Assembly (NCBI GenBank): GCA_040218735.1
Contig: JAVJQW010000055.1
Location: 1-64,000 of the forward strand
Length of the DNA stretch: 64,000 bases
Source: Deltaproteobacteria bacterium
GTDB taxonomy: Bacteria > Myxococcota > Kuafuiibacteriia > Kuafuiibacteriales > Kuafuiibacteriaceae
Direction: 5' to 3'
Numbering within the stretch: the first letter of the stretch is position 1; each line of letters starts with the position of its first letter. The notes beneath the pieces are model-generated. The model saw only the letters and a list, made by a program, of their open reading frames with translations, had not been told where the DNA came from and did not search any database. The position numbers and the translations under genes were made by a program. Shown here one piece after another: positions 1 to 7,642 of the stretch.

Positions 1-95
1 TTGCTCACCACGTCGACGAGCTCCTCGATGAGCTCCACGCTCACCTCCAGAACGATGAACCGACCAGGAGAGGCTGCATTGTTTTTTCTGTTCAT
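1..95 (-). CDS. four-helix-bundle protein (IVP/Avd-like), 5' portion only; gene runs off the window edge
   Basis: Not in the ORF track. Minus strand from ATG at 95 reads MNRKNNAASPGRFIVLEVSVELIEELVDVVS, which aligns with [28 protein letters not shown] of 498..845. A purine-rich GGGGGGAGGT lies just upstream, and the leader motifs are shared with 498..845. Confidence 0.7.
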   Translation of the reverse strand, partial: MNRKNNAASPGRFIVLEVSVELIEELVDVVS

Positions 96-260
96 ACCTC
101 CCCCCGGCGCAGGCGGCGTGACGAACGGCCCTCCGTTCGGATGGCTACTTTCAGTGGAATCTATTCGATGGCTCGGTCGTGGCGGGGAATCAGAATCACA
201 AGCCGATCGGCGCGACGGTTGCGCCGCACATAAGGGATGAACAGAAAAAACAATGCAGCC
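72..260 (-). promoter_or_regulatory. structured leader of the minus-strand four-helix-bundle gene, closed by a perfect 24-bp inverted repeat
   Basis: 72-95 GGCTGCATTGTTTTTTCTGTTCAT is the exact reverse complement of 237-260. Inside are motif A (209-227), motif B (105-122) and the hairpin CGAACGG-CCCT-CCGTTCG (122-139). Confidence 0.7.
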
Positions 261-397
261 GTCGCCCGGTAGCTCGGTGTGTGCACCTCAACCAAGAGGA
301 CGGAGAGAGAGTCCTCCCCTTCAATCCCGCGGAAGAAAGAACCTCTCCGGTCAAAGTGCCTTAAGGAGCTGAAACCATCCCCAGTGCCACGACCCCC

Positions 398-521
398 GGC
401 CGAGTCCTTGGTTGGGTTCACACCCATGAAGCGGCGCAACAGTCGCGCCAAGGACCGCAGACGGTCCTTGTCACGCCTCCTGCGCCGAGAGGGGGGCATG
501 AACCCAACCAAGAACTCGACC
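398..521 (+). promoter_or_regulatory. structured leader of the plus-strand four-helix-bundle gene, closed by a 23-bp inverted repeat
   Basis: 398-420 pairs with 499-521 (21/23). Inside are motif A GCGGCGCAACAGTCGCGCC (431-449), the hairpin CAAGGACCG-CAGA-CGGTCCTTG (449-470) and motif B GTCACGCCTCCTGCGCCG (470-487). Confidence 0.7.
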
Positions 522-845
522 TACCGCTTCGTGGCGCTCGACGTGGCGCTGGAGATGATTCGTCAGCTCCGAGAGCCGCTTGCGAAGATTCGGAAGCACG
601 ATGCGGATTTGGCGAAGCAGATTAGGAAGGCGGCCGCGTCGGTGCCGTTGAATGTGGCGGAAGGGAGCCGGCGCGCCGGGGGCGACAGAGCGCACGCGTT
701 CCGAGTGGCGCTCGGGAGCGCCGACGAGGTGCGCGCCGCGTTGATGTGCGCGGATGCGTGGGGGTATGCGGCGGTGGATGACGAGCTGCTGGCGACGCTG
801 GATCGCTTGATGGGGCTCATCTGGGGGCTCGGCGGTAGGCGGTAG
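498..845 (+). CDS. four-helix-bundle protein (TIGR02436 / 23S rRNA IVP / Avd-like), 115 aa
   Basis: Family motifs [19 protein letters not shown] and [11 protein letters not shown]. Size is typical from ATG 498, which follows GAGAGGGGGGC. Confidence 0.88.
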   Translation: MNPTKNSTYRFVALDVALEMIRQLREPLAKIRKHDADLAKQIRKAAASVPLNVAEGSRRAGGDRAHAFRVALGSADEVRAALMCADAWGYAAVDDELLATLDRLMGLIWGLGGRR

Positions 846-858
846 AGGAGGATGCTCG

Positions 859-878
859 GCGCCGTCGCGAGGCGGCGC
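859..878 (+). other. GC-rich hairpin with GCGA (GNRA) tetraloop
   Basis: GCGCCGTC-GCGA-GGCGGCGC: 8-bp stem with one G-U pair, lying between the stop codon and the repeat array. Confidence 0.55.
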
Positions 879-884
879 AGAGCG

Positions 885-1106
885 AATCGGACTCGGAATC
901 GGACTCGGAATCGGACTCGGAATCGGACTCGGAATCGGACTCGGAATCGGACTCGGAATCGGACTCGGACTCGGAATCGGACTCGGACTCGGAATCGGAC
1001 TCGGAATCGGACTCGGAATCGGACTCGGAATCGGACTCGGAATCGGACTCGGATTCGGTCACGGACTCGGATTCGGTCACGGAGTCGGATTCGGTCACGG
1101 ACTCGG
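885..1106. repeat. tandem hexamer array (NNNCGG x37)
   Basis: Mostly alternating AATCGG/ACTCGG, shifting to ATTCGG-TCACGG-ACTCGG triplets at the right end. 222 nt in uninterrupted hexamer phase between convergent genes. Confidence 0.95.
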
Positions 1107-1122
1107 ATCCGAATCCCATCCC

Positions 1123-4100
1123 CTAAAACATCACGTACACCGAGTCCCCGACCTCCTCCTCCAGCTCCCCACTCGTCCGGTACTCCTCGCCCAGCGCCAG
1201 CACCTCGCTCACGATCGACATCAGCGACGCCGCCGCGAAGCGCGGGTTCCAGTTCGAGGTGATCGCGCGCGCCATATCCCCAGGCCCCGCCGTGCTCGCC
1301 GCGGCGAGCTCGCTCGGGATCTCGAAGATCGGGCGTTTGTCGTCCGGCTCGTTGAGGTCGCGCCACGTCGAGGGGGCGTTGGTGAGCGCCTTCGAGATGC
1401 GGACGTCGCCGGACGTCGCGATGCGCGCCGCCGTCGGGAGGAAGCGCTCGAAGAACACTGCCTGGAGTTTGTCGACGAAGCCCGGGTCGAAGTTCTGCTT
1501 CGCCTCGACGTCGAACTCGACGTGGCCCTTCGCCTCCGGCCACGACGGCTGCTTGTCCTTGTAGAGGATGAAGTTCTCGAGGACGAGGACGTCCATCTCC
1601 GTGCGCATAAAACACCGGTACGCGTCGTACGGCGTGCACACGATCGGCTCGCCGCGCACGTTGAACGACGTGTTCACCACGACGCCGTAACCCGTCTTCT
1701 CCTTGAACGCCTTGATCAGCCGGTAGTACGTCGGGTGCTCGTCGCCGTTCACCGTCTGCACACGCGCCGAGTAGTCGACGTGTGTAATCGCCGGGACGTC
1801 CGAGCGCGGCCGCTTCACGACCTCCGTGAGGTCCTCGCCTTCCTTGCGCTCCGCGACGTCGAGCCGCCGGGACGCCTTCACCGGCGCGACCAACAACATG
1901 TACGGCGACCGGCCCTCCATCTCGAAGAACTCCGAGACGTCCTCCTCCAACACACTCGGCGCGAACGGACGGAACGACTCGCGGTACTTGATCTTGAGGT
2001 TCAGGTTGACCTGCATCTCCTGGTTGCGCGCGTCGCCGAGGATCGAACGCGCCCCCAGCGCACGCGGCCCGAACTCGAGGCGGTCCGCGAGGTGCCCGAC
2101 GACCCGGCCCGACGCCAGGACGTCCGCCACCTTCGACGCACGCTCCTCGGGAGACACACGCTCGAAGGGATAACCGTTCGACTCCAAGAAGCCCTGGATC
2201 TCGTCGTCCGAGAACGACGGCCCGAGGTACGAAGCGCCCTGCGACGAACGCCCGTCCGGACGCACCTTCCGCTCCTTGCCGAAGTACGAGTGGTACGCGT
2301 CGAGCGCCGCACCCAGCGAGCCGCCGGAGTCGCCGGCCGCGGGCTGGATGAAGATGTCGTCGAATGGCCCCTCGCGCAGGAGCTTGCCGTTCGACACGCA
2401 GTTCAACGCGACGCCGCCGGCCATGCAGAGGTTCTTCATGCCGGTCAGCTCTTGGGCGTGCTGCGCCATCTTCATCATCACCATCTCGGTGACGACCTGG
2501 ATGGACTTCGCGATGTCCATCTCACGCTCGGTGATCCACGCGTCCGGGTCACGGGCCGGCCCACCGAACAGCTCCGCGAACTTCGCGTTGGTCATCGTGT
2601 TCTCGTCGAGGAACGAGAAGTACGACAGGTCGAGCTCGATCGAGCCGTCGTCCTTGAGCTTCACCAGGTTGTCGAGGATCAGGTCGACGTACTTCGCCTC
2701 GCCGTACGGCGCGAGACCCATCATCTTGTACTCACCCGAGTTCACCTTGAAGCCGGTGAACTGCGTGAACGCCGAGTAGAGCAGCCCGACCGAGTTCGGG
2801 AAGTGCATCTCCTTCAGGATGTCGACGCGGTTGCCGCGCCCGACGCCGATCGATGCCGTTGCCCACTCCCCGACGCCGTCGATCGTCAGGATCGCCGCCT
2901 CCTCGAACGGCGACGGGTAGAACGCGCTCGCCGCGTGTGAGCGGTGGTGCGCCTCCTGGAGGATCAGGCCGTCGTAGTGCAGGTAGTCGCGGATCAGCCG
3001 CGGGATGTGGAGCTTGTAGAGCGTCCACGACGGGATGAACCGTCCCCAGTTGTCCGCGCCCTTCTCACCCGCCACCGCCTGCGTGTGCAGCAGCCGCTCG
3101 AACGTCAGCGGCGCGTTGTCGTAGTAGACGACCGCCGACAGGTCGCGCTGATCGATCTTCGCCTGCTCCAGGCAGAAGTTGATCGCGCTGTGCGGGAAGC
3201 GGCGGTCGTTCTTCTCACGCGTGAAGCGCTCCTCCTCCGCCGCCGCGATGATCTCTCCGTCCTTCACGATCGACGCCGCGCTGTTGTGATAGAACGCCGA
3301 GACCCCGAGGATGTACGTCCCCTCCGCGCGACGCCGCTTCGCGGGCTTCGGCGCGGCCGGCTTGGGCAACAAACTGCGCGAAGTGATCGCCTCCGCAATC
3401 TGAGTTGCAACGACCTCGTGCCCGTACGGCGAGAAGTGCACGTCCTCTTCGAACGGGATGCGCACACGATCTTCGCGCGACATCTTCATGATCGGCGCGG
3501 TGATGTCCGCGACGTGGACTTTGTTCTTCGGCGCCGCGACCCGCTCGAAGAGCGGCTGGTAGATCGGCTCCACCTCGTCCTTGATGTTGTGGTACGTCGG
3601 CAGCGGCACGATGAGCACCGGCGTCGGCGACGCCTCCGCCGCCCACTGCCGGAGGATGGCCTCCATCAGCCGCCACCCCTCGGTGTCCGCGCTCTTGTAG
3701 TCGGGGAAGGGCTGAAAGCCGGACGCCTTCATCACCGCGGGGCGCAGCCGGCCCACGACCGGTCCGAACAGCTCTCGCGCCTTCTTCGCGCGCGGGTCGT
3801 TTCGATAGAAGTCGACCGCCTTGTACGCGAGCTTCAGCCGCGGGTCCCGACGGTGCGAGCCGAAGCGATCGTCCTCCTCGGTGTCGACCGGCGGACGCTC
3901 CCAGGGGCAGGGCACGTTGCCGAGCTCCAGCTGAGATCCCTTCAGCGTGAAGAACGGCTTCGGCATCATCACCTTGTCGCCGGTGACGCGGTCGATCGAG
4001 ATGCGGCTCGAGACCTTGATGCGCTCGATGTTCTCGGAGAGCACCGAGATGACGATCAGGTCCGCCTCGATGTCCTTCGCGTAGTTCTTCCACGACAGGT

Positions 4101-4422
4101 ACTGCTGGTCGGTGCCGGAGCCCGACAGGCCGAAGTTGTACGTCTCGGCGTCGAGCTTCGCGCCGACGAGGTCCGAGAAGCGCTCGTGGTTCGAGCAGAG
4201 GTCGCCGGCGGTGTACGAGTCACCGAAGAAGAGGATGCGCGGGCGGTCGCCCTTCTTCTTCTCGAAGTCGATGTCGTTCCTGAAGCCTTGCGCGTTTGTC
4301 TTCACGAACGAGCCGCCGAGCTCGTTCGGGATGCGGGCTTCGAGGTTCTCGACGTAGCGGTGTCCGAGCTGCGGGTCGTGTCGGATCACCATGCGGTGGG
4401 TGGATTGCCAAATACGGAACAT
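1123..4422 (-). CDS. SGNH/GDSL hydrolase fused to NodU/CmcH-family carbamoyltransferase
   Basis: N-terminal FFGDSYT...[11 protein letters not shown]...DVHFSPYGH. Then [80 protein letters not shown] and [12 protein letters not shown]. Confidence 0.92.
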   Translation of the reverse strand: MFRIWQSTHRMVIRHDPQLGHRYVENLEARIPNELGGSFVKTNAQGFRNDIDFEKKKGDRPRILFFGDSYTAGDLCSNHERFSDLVGAKLDAETYNFGLSGSGTDQQYLSWKNYAKDIEADLIVISVLSENIERIKVSSRISIDRVTGDKVMMPKPFFTLKGSQLELGNVPCPWERPPVDTEEDDRFGSHRRDPRLKLAYKAVDFYRNDPRAKKARELFGPVVGRLRPAVMKASGFQPFPDYKSADTEGWRLMEAILRQWAAEASPTPVLIVPLPTYHNIKDEVEPIYQPLFERVAAPKNKVHVADITAPIMKMSREDRVRIPFEEDVHFSPYGHEVVATQIAEAITSRSLLPKPAAPKPAKRRRAEGTYILGVSAFYHNSAASIVKDGEIIAAAEEERFTREKNDRRFPHSAINFCLEQAKIDQRDLSAVVYYDNAPLTFERLLHTQAVAGEKGADNWGRFIPSWTLYKLHIPRLIRDYLHYDGLILQEAHHRSHAASAFYPSPFEEAAILTIDGVGEWATASIGVGRGNRVDILKEMHFPNSVGLLYSAFTQFTGFKVNSGEYKMMGLAPYGEAKYVDLILDNLVKLKDDGSIELDLSYFSFLDENTMTNAKFAELFGGPARDPDAWITEREMDIAKSIQVVTEMVMMKMAQHAQELTGMKNLCMAGGVALNCVSNGKLLREGPFDDIFIQPAAGDSGGSLGAALDAYHSYFGKERKVRPDGRSSQGASYLGPSFSDDEIQGFLESNGYPFERVSPEERASKVADVLASGRVVGHLADRLEFGPRALGARSILGDARNQEMQVNLNLKIKYRESFRPFAPSVLEEDVSEFFEMEGRSPYMLLVAPVKASRRLDVAERKEGEDLTEVVKRPRSDVPAITHVDYSARVQTVNGDEHPTYYRLIKAFKEKTGYGVVVNTSFNVRGEPIVCTPYDAYRCFMRTEMDVLVLENFILYKDKQPSWPEAKGHVEFDVEAKQNFDPGFVDKLQAVFFERFLPTAARIATSGDVRISKALTNAPSTWRDLNEPDDKRPIFEIPSELAAASTAGPGDMARAITSNWNPRFAAASLMSIVSEVLALGEEYRTSGELEEEVGDSVYVMF

Positions 4423-4435
4423 AGGTTGGTGCCCT

Positions 4436-5188
4436 TCAGAGCTTCAGTCGCTTGAAGACGGACTCGGGGATCGAGCGGATGGTCTTCATGATGCCGCGCC
4501 AGAACCACGGCGCGTAGATGACGTCGCGCTTGGCGCGGATGGCGGCGTCGATCGCGGCCGCGACGCGCTCGGGTGACGCGACGAGCGGCGAGCTCGGATC
4601 GAGGAGCCCGTGGGTCATCGGCGTGTCGACGAACCCGGGCCGCACTTCGAGGACGTGCACGCCGCTCTTGCAGAGGCGGTTTCTAAGGCCGCCGAGGAAC
4701 GCGGACAACCCGGCCTTCGAGGCGCCGTACGTATAGTTGCTCTGGCGCCCGCGGTCGCCGGCGACGCTGCCGATCGCCGCGATGTACCCGGCGCCGCGCG
4801 CCTCCATGTCGTTGGCGACGGCGCCGAGGATGCTGATCGCGCTGGTGAAGTTGACGTCGATCGTACGACGCGCGGCCTCGAAGTCCTGCTCCGTCTTCTC
4901 TTGGTCGGTCATGTAGCCGTAGCAGAGGACGACGCCGTCGATCGCGCCGCCGAAGCGTTCGCCGCACCGCGCCAAGAACGGGACGTGGTCGTCGAAGTCG
5001 AGCGCGTCGAACTTCTCCACGAACGCGTCTGCACCGGTGCGGACGCGGAGGTCACTCGCGATACGATCGAGCTCCTCTTCGTTGCGGCCTGCGACGATCA
5101 GTCGGCACCCGCGCTCGGCCATCACGAGACACAACGCCCGAGCAATGCCGGAGGTTGCGCCCAAGATGACGACGTTCTCACTCGCCAT
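4436..5188 (-). CDS. SDR oxidoreductase, DprE2-like (decaprenylphospho-ketopentose reductase family)
   Basis: ILGATSGIARA, SVAGDRGRQSNYTYGASKAG (YxxxK) and RPGFVDTPMT, plus proximity to a UbiA-type phosphoribosyltransferase. Confidence 0.85.
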   Translation of the reverse strand: MASENVVILGATSGIARALCLVMAERGCRLIVAGRNEEELDRIASDLRVRTGADAFVEKFDALDFDDHVPFLARCGERFGGAIDGVVLCYGYMTDQEKTEQDFEAARRTIDVNFTSAISILGAVANDMEARGAGYIAAIGSVAGDRGRQSNYTYGASKAGLSAFLGGLRNRLCKSGVHVLEVRPGFVDTPMTHGLLDPSSPLVASPERVAAAIDAAIRAKRDVIYAPWFWRGIMKTIRSIPESVFKRLKL

Positions 5189-5234
5189 GCCGTACCCAAC
5201 CCCGGTCGGTGGTTTTGTTCAACTATCGAGTGGC

Positions 5235-7601
5235 TCAGGGGTTCGCGCCCGAGGTCGACGTCGACGACGTGAAGACGGTGTGTGCGAGGCGCAGGATGTC
5301 CGGTGCGGGCGCCTGCCAGTCACCCCGCCCGGGCGCGACCGCGTCTCGAAGCGAAACACCCTCCGTCACGAGCTTCTTCGCGCGCTCGACGTCGGTGTTC
5401 CACAGCAGCCGCGCGAGCCGGGTCTCGGCCAACGCCAGGTCGCGCGCGCGACCGGTTTGGTCCTCGGGGAACGCGCGCCGCAACTTCAGGGACGATTCGT
5501 AGAAGCGCTGCGCCTGAGTCCCGTCGTTTTGGTCTCGGTAGAAGTCCCCGATGACCAGCGCCGTGACCGCGCGGTCGCGGTCGCTCGCGTCGAGCGCTTC
5601 GGCCTGCGCGAGGGCTGCCCGCGCGGCGTCGGGGTCCTTCGACATCCGTTTGGCGTCGGCGAGCCCGTGCCACGCCTCCCACTGGTCGCGGCGCGTGCTC
5701 GTATTCTCGTCGAACGCAGTGAGCGCGGCTTCGTAGGCGAGCGCGGCCGCCGCGAAGTCGCGGGTGGTGCGCAGCGCGTGAGCCCGCAACACGTGCGCGC
5801 GCCCGACCCGCGCGGGATCGTCGCTCGCCTTCGCGGCCGCCTCGGCGCGTCGGATCGCCTCGGCCTGGTCGCCGGTGACACGCTCGAGCTGCGCGAGCGT
5901 CGCGAGCAGATCCGAGCGGGTCGCAGGCGATAGGCCCTCCCGTTCGAGCGCCGCCTCGGCGCGGGACTGGAGCAGCCGCCGCAGGGCGCGGTCCGGCTCG
6001 AGGTGCTGCTCGGGGCGCAAGGCGTCCTTGCGCTCCAGGACGCCGAGGTTGTTCGGCTCGTCGAAGACGAGGAGCCGGAAGTGCTGGTCGACGATCGGCA
6101 TCTGCAGCCAGTCGGCCATCCCCCACCAGTCGAGCAGCAGCTCGATGCGCCCCTCCGCAACGTACCGACCCTTCCGCTGGTCGACGATCGCCTCGTAGGC
6201 CGCGATGTTCACCTTGCCGTCGAGGTTGATGGTGCGGTCGTGGAAGTAGTTCAGCGTGCCGGTTTGGATCGCCCCCACCCACATCGGCGCGGGGATGTGG
6301 CGCTCCGCCCAACGCACGACTTGGAAGTGCGGGTGTTTCTCGCCGTTGGCATACAGGCGGTAGTTCACCCCGGCGTTCATCAGGACGAGCGCCGCGCCGA
6401 CGACGGCCATCGCGATCGCCGGTGCACGTTTCAGGTAGTGCGCGCCCACCGCGACGAACCCGATCACGAAGAAGCCGCCGAGCGGGAACAGGTACCGCGA
6501 CATGAACCACCCCGCGCCGAACGCGAGGCCGTAGAAGATCGACAGGCCCGTCGCGTAGATCGCGACGAAGCCGATCAGGCTGCGCTCCATCGGCGTCCCC
6601 TGTCGCCACAGCCGCGGCGCCACGTAGAACACGACGATGGCGACCACGACCGCGCACAGGACCACGACGGGGAGCTTCACCTCCAGCGACTGCGGGATGG
6701 GGAGGAGCCCGAACAGGTACTCCACCAGGACGGGCGGGAGGTCGGCGAGGTTGCTGCCAAAGTGCCCGGTCAGGCTCTCCGCGCGACCGCTGACCGGCAT
6801 GATGTGGCCGAACTGCGTGTAGTTGTAAGCGAGCCACGGGGACGCGACGACGATCGAGGTCAGCCCGAATACGATCGAGCGCGAAAAGCGCGCGACGACC
6901 GCGCCGAGGTCGTGGGCGAACCCCGCGCCGACGTACGTGAGGCACGCGGCGAGGATGACGAACACGCTGTCGTTGCGCGCCCAGAATGCGACCCCGAGTA
7001 ACACGCCGACCGCGAGGCATCGGGGGATCGACCAGACCTTCCGCTCGGGGCCGTTCGGTTCGATGAACACAAACGCCACCGCGATCGCGACGAGCGCGTT
7101 GAAGCCCGTCTCCAACGTGTTCATCGAGTGGCGCACGCTGATCTGGCTCATGAACCACAGCGCGCCCGCGACCGCGGCGAGGCCGTCCGCGCCGTCGCGC
7201 TTCGCGAGCACGCGGCGCCCGAGGCGGTAGACTAGGTAACCCGCGACGCCGCTCAGGACGAGCTCGAGCACCAGCGTGAGGCGCACCCCCAGCAGACGGT
7301 CGCCCCCCGCGAAAACGTACAAAATCGACCACAAAAGCGTGGTTCCCGGCTGGGTGCCGTTCGTGGGGATCGCGCCGCCCGCGACGCTGAAGCCCTTCCC
7401 GATCGCGAGGTTTCGAGCGATGGACAGCATGAAGTAGCCGTCCTCCGTCGGGAACTGTTGGAACACCCGCGACCCGTCGCCGATGATGCCCGACAAGCGG
7501 GCCACCACGCCGACCACGATGGCCGCCACGACGAAGAGCTTCTGCCCGCGTGTCAAAGTGGCTCGGACCTTGGCCCGCGTCGCGATCGAGTGCAAGGCCA
7601 T
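5235..7601 (-). CDS. GT-C fold membrane glycosyltransferase (PMT/ArnT-like) with C-terminal TPR-like region
   Basis: EDGYFMLSIARN after TM1, TNGTQP, LETG and LAFWARND-type motifs, about 12 hydrophobic segments, and Ala-rich helical repeats at the C-terminus. Confidence 0.7.
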   Translation of the reverse strand: MALHSIATRAKVRATLTRGQKLFVVAAIVVGVVARLSGIIGDGSRVFQQFPTEDGYFMLSIARNLAIGKGFSVAGGAIPTNGTQPGTTLLWSILYVFAGGDRLLGVRLTLVLELVLSGVAGYLVYRLGRRVLAKRDGADGLAAVAGALWFMSQISVRHSMNTLETGFNALVAIAVAFVFIEPNGPERKVWSIPRCLAVGVLLGVAFWARNDSVFVILAACLTYVGAGFAHDLGAVVARFSRSIVFGLTSIVVASPWLAYNYTQFGHIMPVSGRAESLTGHFGSNLADLPPVLVEYLFGLLPIPQSLEVKLPVVVLCAVVVAIVVFYVAPRLWRQGTPMERSLIGFVAIYATGLSIFYGLAFGAGWFMSRYLFPLGGFFVIGFVAVGAHYLKRAPAIAMAVVGAALVLMNAGVNYRLYANGEKHPHFQVVRWAERHIPAPMWVGAIQTGTLNYFHDRTINLDGKVNIAAYEAIVDQRKGRYVAEGRIELLLDWWGMADWLQMPIVDQHFRLLVFDEPNNLGVLERKDALRPEQHLEPDRALRRLLQSRAEAALEREGLSPATRSDLLATLAQLERVTGDQAEAIRRAEAAAKASDDPARVGRAHVLRAHALRTTRDFAAAALAYEAALTAFDENTSTRRDQWEAWHGLADAKRMSKDPDAARAALAQAEALDASDRDRAVTALVIGDFYRDQNDGTQAQRFYESSLKLRRAFPEDQTGRARDLALAETRLARLLWNTDVERAKKLVTEGVSLRDAVAPGRGDWQAPAPDILRLAHTVFTSSTSTSGANP

Positions 7602-7642
7602 GCGCTTGACAGCGAGACCGGTTGGGCCGATGACCCGACGAG

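Noticed and set aside
279-497. Longer 188-aa version of the four-helix-bundle ORF
   Set aside because: The upstream part is low-complexity translation of the structured leader. Family size, the purine-rich RBS and the paralogue alignment all support ATG 498.
885-1106. CRISPR array
   Set aside because: Contiguous hexamers with no unique spacers, and no cas genes in the window.
1-1106. Diversity-generating retroelement or 23S rRNA intervening sequence
   Set aside because: The protein is Avd/IVP-like, but no reverse transcriptase, TR/VR pair or rRNA sequence is visible in the window. Sequence to the left is unseen.
817-1119. Ser-Asp repeat (SD-repeat adhesin-like) ORF on the minus strand
   Set aside because: This is just the translation of the hexamer array. 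It has no signal peptide or anchor and overlaps the four-helix-bundle gene antisense.
852-1262. Arg-rich (RNRT)n ORF on the plus strand
   Set aside because: The GAGGAGG abuts the ATG with no spacing, and the frame runs 140 nt antisense into the carbamoyltransferase gene. A hexamer array is open in several frames by default. Not fully excluded without ribosome profiling.
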